Source: Octopus vulgaris
Lineage: Eukaryota
Assembly (NCBI GenBank): GCA_951406725.2
Contig: OX597828.1
Span: 60,698,001-60,762,000, forward strand
Reading direction: 5' to 3'
DNA: 64,000 bases
Under the pieces are notes generated by a model, which did not search any database, was not told where the DNA came from, and was given only the letters and a program-made list of their open reading frames with translations. A program made the translations under genes and the position numbers. Position 1 is the stretch's first letter, and each line of letters opens with the position of its first letter. Shown here piece after piece: positions 52,951 through 64,000 of this stretch.

Positions 52951-52980
52951 TGTCTGACGAACGATTACGTGAAACTCTTG
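52951..52980 (+). ncRNA. Third copy of the 27229/49056 hammerhead family, cleavage strand deleted
   Basis: TGT-CTGACGA-ACG atta CGT-GAAACTC then the family's TTTGTGA tail. Confidence 0.45.
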
Positions 52981-53029
52981 TTTGTGACGATTTTTTTTCG
53001 GCTTTAATTAATAGTATGAGTGTGTGTGT

Positions 53030-53250
53030 GTCTTCGTGCCTGTGTTTGTCCCTCACCACTACTTGACAACCGCTGTTAGTATGTTTACGTCCCCCCGGTG
53101 ACATAGTAGTTCAGCAAAAATAGACCGATTGAGTAAGTACCAGGCTCAAAAAATAATAAGTACTGGGGTCGATTCATTCGGCAAACATTCTTCAAGGAAG
53201 TGACCCCGCAAGGCCGCAGTCTAATGACGTAAAGAAGTAAAGGATAAAAG
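53030..53250 (+). mobile_element. SINE family B, 3' half
   Basis: CTTGACAACCG...AGACCGATTGAGTAAGTACCAGGC...GGCCGCAGTCTAATGAC. Confidence 0.7.
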
Positions 53251-53822
53251 ATATATAATTTAAATGTTAAAGAAACTTCCGAATCTCCGGGCAAAATGCG
53301 TTTATGATAGCAAGATGTAAATAAATAAGTATAGTAATAATAATAGGGATATTGATAATGAAAATAACTATTTGCACAAAAACCAATAATATATGGTGAT
53401 ATGGAGAGGCAGCAGCAGAAAGATCAGGAGCATAAATATATGCAATGTCCCTCGTTACAAATGTTGATATAGCTCGCAAATTTCCAAAAGCAAAATGTAG
53501 TAGAAGTGATGTCGGAATAAGTTCGTAGAAAAAATTAGCGACATAGATCAATACAAGTGAAAAGAATCACATTTAGAGGTGAAAATAAGAAAATAAGAGG
53601 ATAATAGAAGTCTATCGTCACACGATGTCATCGCCGACTTGAGTGTAAAAAGAAACCTGTTTGTAGCTGCTTATTTACACTGTTGCACAGTGATATGGAA
53701 ACAGCTGAAATAAGAACTTAAATCTTTCATTTGCTCGACTACAAATATTGTGGATATTTTCAAATGACCCAAATCAACATGAAAATAGAATACACACACA
53801 CGGACACACGGACACACACACG

Positions 53823-53882
<60 letters not shown>

Positions 53883-54194
53883 TACTTATTGAAATAAGCT
53901 ACCATAAAAATTATATGATTAAGAATTTTGTAAGTATAACGAGAAAATAAATTTTCAAACGCTAGAAGCTTCAAAACGAAAAATAATAAGATTTATAGCG
54001 ATGTTATATAAAATTAAATTTAAGTAAAGCTAAAAACAATACAAAAAATCAGGCGACAAATTATATAAGTAGACATGTACCGGTTTCACATTTTAGCACA
54101 AGGCCAGCAATTTCAGGGAAGAGTAAATTGATTACATCGATCGAAGTACTCAACTGGTGCCTACTTTATTAATAGCGACAATATATACAGACCT

Positions 54195-54358
54195 AGGTAC
54201 AGCTGTGTGCTTAAGAAATTCACTTCACAAGTACGTTGTATGGTGTTGATTTCAGCACCATTACGTGGCAACTTGGGCAAGTGCCTTCTACAAAAGCCCT
54301 GGGCCGTTTACTCCATGCGAGTGACTGAGCGAATTTGGCAGACCGAAACTGTTGAAGT
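54195..54358 (+). mobile_element. SINE family B, 5' half, diverged
   Basis: GCTGTGTGCTTAAG...CGTGGCAACTTGGGCAAGTGCCTTCTA...GACCGAAACTG. Confidence 0.6.
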
Positions 54359-54666
54359 CCGCGACCACCTCACCCCACAAAAGATGTTCAAATGATGTTT
54401 TTGTCAGGAGTCAGTAGAAGAGAATCATGTGTATTGCTGTTATTTATTTTGAAGCATAGAAACTAGTTGAGTTCGGAAGCAGTGGGAATTGGAAAAAAGA
54501 AAAAAAAAAATGAAAAAAAAAAGAAAAGAAATATATACAATTTGCTATGTAAACATTTTTCGTAAGTATGTCAAAATTCCGAAATTGATATAAAAAACAG
54601 AATTTAAAATTAGCTTAGAGAAGTGATTTTTTTTTCTGTATTTTATAAATAGATATTTCACTGTTA

Positions 54667-55252
54667 TATTCTTTTCTACTCTAGGCATTAGGCTCGAAAT
54701 TTGGTGGGAGGGAGCTAGTCGATTAGATCGAGCCCAGTACGCAACTGGTACTTAATTTATCTACTCCGAAAAGATGAAAGGCAAAGTCGACCTCGGCGGA
54801 ATTTGAACTCAGAACGTAAAGACAGACGGAATACCTATTTCTTTACTACCCACAAGGGGCTAAACACAGAGAGGACAAACAAGGACAGGCACACGGATTA
54901 AGTCGATTATATCAACCCCAGTGCGTAACTGGTACTTATTTAATCGACCCCGAAAGGATGAATAGCAAAGTCGACCTCGGCGGAATTTGAACTCAGAAGG
55001 TAGCGACAGACGAAACACCTAGTTCTTTACTACCCACAAGGGGCTAAACATTGAGCGGGCGAACAAGGACAGCCAAACGGATTAAGTCGATTACATCGAC
55101 TCCAGTACGTAACTGGTACTTAATTTATCGACCCAGAAAGGATAAAAGGCAAAGTTGACCTCGACGGAATTTGAACTCAGAACGCATCGGCAGACGGAAT
55201 ACCGCTAAGCATTTCGCCCGGCGCGCTAACATTTCTGCCAGCTCGCCGCCTT
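54667..55252 (-). mobile_element. SINE family A trimer
   Basis: Three units starting AGTCGATTA at 54717, 54901, 55085 (~184-bp period); tRNA head at right end. Confidence 0.9.
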
Positions 55253-55816
55253 GAGAGCCTTCGGAATGAACTGAGGAACGTTATTGTTGTACACGAAGTA
55301 TTTGGCACGAATATAGTCATGTCTTTCATATAACACAGACACATACGCACACTCATACACATATACATACATACCCGCCTACAGAAAATTCGCGCGCACG
55401 CACGCACACACACGCAAGCACACACACACACACATGTATGTATGTATGTATGTATGTATGTATGTATGTATGTATGTATGTATGTATGTATGTATGTATT
55501 TATGTATGTATGTATGTATGTATGTATGTATGTATGTATGTATGTATGTATGTATATGCATATGTATTTGATATATTTTCTTTCCGGACAGATTGTGCTT
55601 TTGACACATGTTTCTCATTATGTCTTTTGTCTCTTTATGCCTTCGTCAGCGGGCCGCAAAGAAATCGTATGCCTGTGTTGTTTATATACACCATATCACA
55701 TTTATGTACGAAAGCTGCGAAATATGAAAAACAAATACGATTTGTTATGCAAATAACAGTGAGCGAGTGAGAAGCTCAAATTACCATAATTTACAATGGG
55801 AGTGGGATAGATATTT

Positions 55817-56855
55817 CGAATTTTGGCACAGGGCCAGCAATCTCGGGGGTGGGGATATAGTTGATTACATCGACTCCGGTGCTCAACTGTTACGTATTTT
55901 ATTAACTCAGAACGCAAGGATGGAAGAAACGCCGTTGAGCATTTTGTTCGGCATGATAACGATTCTGCTAGCGCGTCGCCTTGAAAGTGGGATTAATATT
56001 ACGTTTCGAAGAAGTAAGGCAGAAGCGTCAGCGTTAGCAGGCCGGGCAAACAGCTCACCGGCATTTCGCCCGTCTTTACACTCTAAGTTCAAATTTCATT
56101 GAGGTCGACTTCGCCTTTCATCCTTTCGGGGTCGATAAATTAAGTACCAGTCAAGTACTGGGGTCGATGTAATTGACTATCCCCTCCCCTCAAATTCCAG
56201 GTCTTGTACCTATAGTAGAAAGGATTATTTTAAGGCAGCGAGCAGGCAGAATCGTTAGCACGCCGGGCGAAATGCTTAGCAGCATTTCGTCTGACGCTAC
56301 GTTCTGAGTTCAAATTCCACCGAGGTCGACTTTGCCTTTCATCCTTTCGGGGTCGATTAAATAAGCACTAGTTACGCACTGGGATCGATATAATCGACTT
56401 AATCCGTTTGTCTGTCTTGTTTGTCCTCTCTGTGTTTAGCCCCTTGTGGGTAGTAAAGAAATAGGTATTTCGTCTACCGTTATGTTCAGAGTTCAAGTTC
56501 CGCCGAGGTCGACTTTGCCTTTCATCCTTTCGAAGTCGATAAATTAAGTACCAGTTGCGTACTGGGCTCGATCTAATCGACTGGCCCTGTCCTCCAAAAT
56601 TTCGGGCCTTGTGTCTAGAGTAGAAAAGAATATTACGTTACGAAGAAGTAAAGCAGAAGCGTTAGCGTTAGCAAGGCGGGAAAATAGCATTTCGTTCGTC
56701 TTTACGTTCTGAGTTCAAATTACGTCGAGGTCGACTTTGCATTTCATCTTTACGGGTTCGATGAAATGAGTACCATTTGAGCATATGTGCCGATGTAATC
56801 GACTTACCTCCTCCTCCGAAATCGCTGGCCTTGTGTCTAAATTTGAAACCAATAT
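55817..56855. mobile_element. SINE family A cluster: one minus copy (55817-55982), plus-strand monomer, dimer (56232-56632) and monomer
   Basis: Repeated GAGTTCAAATT...GAGGTCGACTTTGCCTTTCATCCTTTCG cores. Confidence 0.85.
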
Positions 56856-57099
56856 TACCATACGAAACTGAGTTATTGTAGTATATATAGATAAATAAAA
56901 TATTCCTAGTTAAACCGAAAATAATTTTTGGTGCAAAGTGATTAGCAATAATCAGTTTACAAAGAGACACATGGAAACGTAACCAAACTATATATTGAAT
57001 TAAGTGCATTATCCCTTTCTCTTAGGAATCTGGGTGCTGGGGCTTTTTCCTTAACTCATTGCAAATCCGTCCATTTGGCAATTTTTGTATGAATTTCGA

Positions 57100-58185
57100 C
57101 GTGCCTCGACTTGTATCGGCCTTCTTCCGGTGCCTTAGGAAATCAATCAAATATATATAGGGTGCAAAGAGTTGCATTACTTGCAGGATAGGCCTTCCTT
57201 ACATTTTAAGCTTATTTGGGGTTGACAAGAGGTCATCAATGGTGGAAGGAACATTTTTCCAGGACAGTAGTCGTTCGAGTGGCTGTATTCCATTTTATCC
57301 ATCGTCACTAGCAGGCAAATCCTATCACTTTTACACAGCAATCTTTCGGTTTAATCGCGGCTTTTTTGCATTATGAGCTCTCTCTTGCATCTGGGATTGG
57401 TATTTTTCCACCCCTCAGTGATTTAGATATCAAATTCCGGCCGTCCTTGACAACTGCGGGTGCTTCCAATATATTTCCGCTTCCTTCACAGCTTCTTGGG
57501 GCTTCCACTTCTTGCCGCTCATTTTGGTCTTGTTGAGGTGTCTAACTTTCTCATCCTCAGATAATAGCAATGTACTGATTGTGCTTACGTTGGTGACTTT
57601 AAATTCCTCCATCAGTTATAGAATTGGTAGGTGGGGCTTAGAGGACTCGCCAAACAGGTTCACTGAAACTTTGAAGAATATCCACCAACCTTTGCAGGAA
57701 TTCACTGCACAATCTCTTCATTGCATGTACTTAAGCTCTTGCAATTTCATAAATCAAAAATGGCCACTACAATACATGAACGATGTTATATTGGAAGCAC
57801 CGTACTTTGAATCTACCAAGTAGCTGGTATTTGTTTAACTACCCTCAGCCAGTTGGGTCTCGGTAATTGCTGCTATCCTAAAAGAGTACAGTTTTAATTC
57901 TTCCTAAGGCATCGGATTCCTTTTTCTGAGATTGTTGGTATGTCAAACCCCTAAATGCTGAAGATGCTATTTGTCAGCCTTCCTTTCAGGATACTCAAGC
58001 CCTGAGATTTTACTAGATTGAATTCTGTATTCGAGCATGTGGCCATCGTTTCCAGCGAGCTCAGAGATAGCCGTGTCCTTTGGATTGATAATGTCATGAC
58101 CGTTATATCATTCATGAAAGACCTGGAAACGGTTACCTTGTTTGCCCCCTTAATGATGTGGCTGATTGCCGATGTATACTCAAGG
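57100..58185 (-). mobile_element. Hero (R2-group) non-LTR retrotransposon relic
   Basis: FMNDITVMT, WPFLIYEI, LMEEFKVT...SGKKWKPQEAVKEAE resemble Hero RT and post-RT motifs. Confidence 0.7.
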
Positions 58186-58599
58186 CATCGAGAGAGTCCG
58201 CTCCCCCCCTCTCTCTATATACACACATATATATATAGCAATGCGTTTCTGAAAATCTGGTCGTAACATGAAATTCCGTATTGCGAAATTAATTTTCCCA
58301 TTGATTTTCATATTATCAGATGAGATTTCTTTCCTAAAGATATTTAAAAAAAAAAAAGAACAAAGTTCAAGAATACAAAAGCTGTTGTTTTTGACGCATA
58401 ATCTCTTCGGACTGCTCTGCAGAGGAACTGAGCTCATGGTAAACTACTCTTGTAATGTTTATGTTACGTTTATGATTAGGATCATTATCAGCAAAAACCT
58501 GTCGACTTCTATAATTGCCAACATTTTAATAATCCTTTTTGCAATCAATTTTAAGTGTTGTGGATGGTACTTCAGTTGTTTCATCTGTATTCTCAGCTT

Positions 58600-59958
58600 G
58601 CTCTTTTTCTAAAAGCGTCAGCTCCTCGTTAAATAATCATTCTCACTGAGACACTAGCAACTCAATCACACCATCCTCTATGGCTTCTTCAAATCCTTTG
58701 CAAGTGTCACAATGTCATTCAGAATTTGATGTAGACTTTATGCTTGAAGAAAGCTTGTTACGTCACGGATACAGCCTGGCCATATACTTTTCAAAGCACT
58801 ATTCAAAGTCAAAGGCTTCACTTCATCCCATGATTGAGCTATATCATCTACAGCATCTATTATGTTGAACGTTTTCCAGAAATCTCTAACTGTAGTTTTA
58901 TCCTCCTTGTCAATTGCCTTCGAAAGTTGTTTGAAATTTCTCATATAATATGGGTTGAAGTTAGTTACCACACCTTAATCCGTTGGCTAGAGAAAAGAAG
59001 TATTGTTGGGAATACAATCTGCTCTCACATTATCAGAAAAGTCATGTAAGTTCGCTGAATGATTCGTAACATTGTCTAAAAAAAAGTAGTGATGGAAATA
59101 TTGTCTGGCGCTGTACCTTTCCAAAAAAAAAAGAAAAACACTCTTTGAAAAGGCTGTTAGTCACCCACGCTTTCTTAATATGGACGCCAAACTTTGTGTA
59201 ACTCTTGAAAGCCTTTAGATATTCGGAGTCATACATGTGTAGGGGCTTTAATTTCAAATCACCAGCAACAGTTCCTCCTCAAAGAAGTGTCAGACGAATT
59301 TTGAAAGCTTTAAAACGTGGTCTAAATTTTTTCACGAGAAATAAGGTCTACCAGGTACCTCCAGAAAAATGCAGTCTCATCAACATTTTATACTTGCTCT
59401 GGTATGTAACTTCATTCAACATTCATTTTCTTTGACTGCTCGAGATAATTTGTACCAGCTTCTTTGTCAGTACTCACAGTTTCACCTGTCACTTTTATGT
59501 TATGCAAACTCATGCTCTTCTGAAACCTATCGAACCAGCCTTTGCTTGCCAAAAAGTGTTTTCCAGTAGCAGTTTCACCTTCCTATTTCTAAATCATCAT
59601 ACAAACTTATGTCTCTTTTCGAATTACCATCTTGTTGATCGGTATGTTTCAGCGATTCGGATTTTCGATCCATACACACAACAGTCGTTCTATTTTAAGC
59701 ATTATATTAGATTCTATTGTAAAATATGATCCGGACAGTTAACGGAGTAGATACTTGAGCACTTGACATAATTTTCTCTCTGCTGTCATTTATTGTTCCC
59801 ACTGTAGACGTTGCAAGATTCAATGTTTTGGCAAACTTAGTTGTACTCCTGCGTCAAGTCCTTTCAAAACATCAAACTTAATCTCCAATGTAATCCCCTT
59901 TACGAATCGTTTTTACACCACCACCTTCATGTACACTTGATAACTTCCTTCCAGACAT
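58600..59958 (-). mobile_element. Tigger/pogo transposase relic, near full length
   Basis: MSGRK...ITLEIKFDVL (HTH), FLASKGWFDRF, KKAWVTNSLF, VRDFWKTFNIIDAV...SWDEV...SIWP. Confidence 0.8.
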
Positions 59959-60204
59959 CTTAAACTGAAAACAAATCCAAGGGCAGCGATTAATTATCCA
60001 CAATAAATAAGTAACAAAAAATGGCCCAGGAAAGATCTGATTTGTGAGAGCGTAAAATTGTCTTCTACCTATTGATAAAACAACGAAAATGAGATGAAAA
60101 GGTGAAGGACCGAAGAAGAGAAAGTACTGTATGATTACATTCAGCTGAAGGGTCTCCAGATTTTATAGGCAATTCAATCTTTACACTCCTGACTTAAGAC
60201 ATAA

Positions 60205-60245
<41 letters not shown>

Positions 60246-60991
60246 CCTGCATATTGGCATACATTCTGATATCTATTGTAGCTAAGTGCATTAAAAAATC
60301 CGTGAGTTGATAGTGGTGACAATGTGAGTTGCATTGGTTATAGATGTCAGTAATGATAGGCGGGTATTGTTGGTGTTGTGGTGGTTATACTATTCTTGAT
60401 AGTGAGGTGAATTTTAGGTGTAGTTAATGTTAACACCTAAAATAATTCACGGTAAGATGATAAATTATAATGATTTAGAATAATGAGCAAAGCTTACTAA
60501 CCCACTATGTGTTCTTTAAACCTTTATATTTGTCAACACTGCTTGGAAATACGCATTTTCCATCTTGCTCTTGAGAAGAGACGCCTATCTTGCTTCAACA
60601 ATTTCACCGGGACTTGTTACAGGCAACGCACTTATGTCATCATGTACATACTATTCATGAATATGGATATTACGTAAGTTATGGCTTTCCTGAAACAGCT
60701 GTTGAGATTAAAATTTGCATAATTTTTCAGTTCGGTTTTGCTTTCTTTATTCTTTATTCTGTTTTGTTTTCTTTTTTTTTAATTATTTATTTATAAATCA
60801 TGTACTCCATGTAAATATATGCCTCAAGCCTATTTTTGTTTATTTATCTTACTACCACCATAACATCGCGATGAGAATTGTTCTTAAAGCTGATTTTTGA
60901 TGCAGAGGTACTGGACCCATATGAAGAGGTTGGAGTTTAAGTTTCCATCCATTTGTGTAATCTATAATAGGCTTCTTTGCTTTCACTATTC

Positions 60992-60994
<3 letters not shown>

Positions 60995-61084
<90 letters not shown>

Positions 61085-61091
61085 ACATACA

Positions 61092-61120
<29 letters not shown>
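60995..61120. repeat. (TCTA)n then (TACA)n microsatellite; one of dozens of (TA)n, (CA)n, (GA)n, (TAT)n, (TATG)n tracts in the window
   Basis: Direct reading. Confidence 0.95.
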
Positions 61121-61126
<6 letters not shown>

Positions 61127-62529
61127 CTGAATGCGTGTGTGTGTGTGTACATACACATATAGATATAAAGAAAGAGGGAGAGAAAGTAATAGACAGATAG
61201 AAATAGAAACAGAGATGGAGAAAAAGACCGACCGACTGGCAGAGAGAAAAAGAGAGAAAGGTATGTGTGTGCTTGTAACTTTTTAATATCATTTCTTCGA
61301 TTCTTGCATTTTTTCGCATTTTTTTTCTCTAGCTAATGTTGATGACATACACATGGGCGGTTGAAATGTTCAAAATTAAGTACATATATGATGTCTTCAC
61401 TTCTCCCCAGGCGGGTTTTTGCCTTGGGAGTCTTTATTGGATATTTCCGTCCTTAACGTTTATTTGGTGTAATGATTATTTGAGCAACCGTACAGCTGGA
61501 AAAGCCCGTCGTAGCTTAATGCTTCGAGTAGTAGCAATAACTGCCTAAATAACTCGTTGTGTAAACAAATAAAATTGGATCAATTCCTATAAACTGAAAC
61601 TGTTTCTTTTGTATGAATGCAATCTTAACTCATGCAGGAGGTCGTGTAGAAACAACATGTGGAACTCTTTTGTAAATCAAAACATATAACGTAAACATCT
61701 TGCAGTGTTTTTTTTTGTGCTTTCGTACCAAAAGTGTGTTGTCACTGTTTGTGATGGGTATATATTAAATGTTGTTATGACTTTCTGAAGAGACATGAAA
61801 CGGACACAATTTTTAAATACTGAGTCTGATTTTCGAATTACTCTTCCAGGTCAACCATATCAGTAGTTAAGATGAATTTATATGGTCCTTGGCATATTTA
61901 ACTGTGTTTGTTCAGATCTTATGTAACTTAATGTTAAATGTAAATTTCATGTTGTTTTCCATTCAACTAAGCAATTATTACTTTATGATAACACATTGGT
62001 GATCTGTTTTGTATTGTTCAAAGGAAGTTGACCAGACAATGTTTGAATATGCTGTATATTTTCTTGATCTGGTCAAGGTAGAACAAGTAATGGTTTAAAG
62101 CGTGCTTAGCCATTTGAAGTTTCTTGAATTACAAATTAGCTGCATACTAGCAAGCTAGAAATAATGCTATCACAACTAACGTAATATAATCAGATTTGTA
62201 AAAGTTATTTAGAATCAAGTCTTTTTCAGCATAGGTTATTGTCAACAATGAATCTGAATTCTTAATACTATTCGGTAAAAGAAATTCAGGGGTGTATGTC
62301 ATTTCTTTTTCAATAACCATTCTCTGTAAATATTTATTTCTATAGTAGTAGCCCTAGTAAGGGGATATTCCTGATAGAACCAACTGTAACTGGAAAAATT
62401 GGTGGTATGAATACAAGGTGTTTAGAAGCCAAAGTTACACAATGCGAATTCCCACAAATGTTTTCATCGACATTGATTCTAAATATCTTACTTTATTCAA
62501 TGCCATTAAAAGATTTTACGAAGGAACTA

Positions 62530-62770
62530 TGTATAAGGTTATCCTATTTTCGAGATTGATGAAATCAAATCATTGAATTAGTTAATTAATCTGAAAATAA
62601 CTGAGGACCTTGGATGTTCGAAAGTTGAAATTATTGGTCAACGTTGTTATCACATTTCATAATATTGACGAGAGATAATCATCACTAGTGATCAATAAAA
62701 CAGTATTTGGTAATATAAACCAGAGCTATTTTTTCTCTATCCCTATTATAACGCCTACAGTAATTTTTCA
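62530..62770 (+). mobile_element. Possible Merlin/IS1595-type transposase relic
   Basis: Ordered fragments across frames EIDE, GPWMF, IITSDQ*, INQSYF resemble EIDES, GPWVFG, I.SD.W, VNHS..F. Confidence 0.3.
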
Positions 62771-64000
62771 CATCAGGTTTTTCATAGGCCCAAAGAAGAA
62801 TTTCTTGTGAGCTTATAAACATCCTGGTGTTCAAGCTCTCCATGGAGACTTTTCTTATCGTGACCAGAGGTTACGTCTTTAAACCTACTACGTTTAATAA
62901 GATAATTCTCATCCCACATATTTCTCTGTAAGAAATTATTCTATGGCCTAAATTTATGACATATTTCAGCTCCCATCTTTTGACAATTTCATTATTTCTT
63001 GATTCTCGCACATAACCTGCCTATAAAAAAATTGCACATTATGCATATAATTTTTTTTAATCATTAGTGGAGATAATGCTTTCTCTTATTAATTATTCAA
63101 CATGTCAAATATAACACTAACCTACAAATTGGTGACCCTGTCGAACATCCATAGAAGATCCGAACTACACTAATACTACAAAATGGCGAACTTACCTAAC
63201 TAGACTACAAATGGTAAACCCGAACTGGAACAGAGCATATCGTACAGTCGAACACCAACCATAAAATGATGACCCAGCGCGGAAAAGCAGCTTATGGACA
63301 CCCTACGCCAACATCATTAAATTAGCATTGTCTGACTCAAATAATGGAGACAAATATAATAATTGAGAAATTTGCAAACTATGCTGAATTAATAAAAATC
63401 AACGAACAACAATGAAACTAATGCAATTTTAAATAATACGCTGACAAAAGAGACTGCAATGTTACTGTAAATTCTTGTTATTCTTAAAAATATCTTTTGT
63501 TCTCGTAGCTGACACTTTTTTATCACGTCACCTGTTGGATTCATATTTTTGCCGCATTTCTCTGTCACTTTATTTCTTCTCTTCGCTGAAATAGAGAAGC
63601 ATGAAACTTTTATTGACATCCCCGGGTAATTTGGACCCTATTTTACAGAGTAGTGATATTCCGGCGATTCAATCTGTATATCAATATCAACTATCCCACA
63701 CTGGAGTGGTAATCCTATGATATATTTCATTCAATCGCTTACATATTTTGCTGTAGATATTTCTTCTGAAGCACAGCTGTGCGGCATATTGATTAGCATC
63801 CTTCCTCCAACACTTATAGGTGAACTTAAATATCTAACCAAAGCCGCTGGCGGCACTGCCTCCTTATCAGATTGAAGGAGAACATACAATTTGCATCAGA
63901 AATATACAGTGAAGCATTGGGTAATAAGAAGATTTCACAGTGTGCAGAATGAAGAATTATCAGAAAATAATTCTCTTGTACAGTCATACTTAAAGCAATT

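Noticed and set aside
54717-55252. CRISPR-like repeat-spacer pattern
   Set aside because: Whole units including linkers are homologous SINE copies; eukaryotic context, no cas genes
55603-55649. Minus-strand CTGACGA...GAAACATGT hammerhead candidate
   Set aside because: Core and palindrome present but stems I and II broken; possible relic only
60655-60705. GAAACAGCTGTT with upstream ATGAATA
   Set aside because: Two core mismatches and weak stems

Overview
Eukaryotic, AT-rich, microsatellite-dense repeat DNA. The two tRNA-derived SINE families suggest an octopus genome (my recognition, not a database hit). I found no host protein-coding gene. The window is a nest of mobile elements. Retroelements: R4/Dong, RTE, CR1-like and Hero LINEs; five Penelope-like element (PLE) coding remnants, two of them flanked by long inverted repeats; and SINE monomers and multimers. 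DNA elements: Tigger/pogo, mariner, Tc1, hAT, Helitrons and MITE-like foldbacks. The only long uninterrupted ORF is an RTE reverse transcriptase. Two signals are invisible in the ORF track. (1) There are about 12 type I hammerhead-ribozyme motifs in 7 families, most at PLE-type 3' ends; three families have a greatly enlarged loop II and two have a CCGACGA core. (2) A ~1.5 kb GC-richer, hairpin-dense non-coding island (15792-17309) ends in a four-way junction that carries a canonical box C/D-type kink-turn. All structures were read by eye and coordinates are approximate to a few bases.
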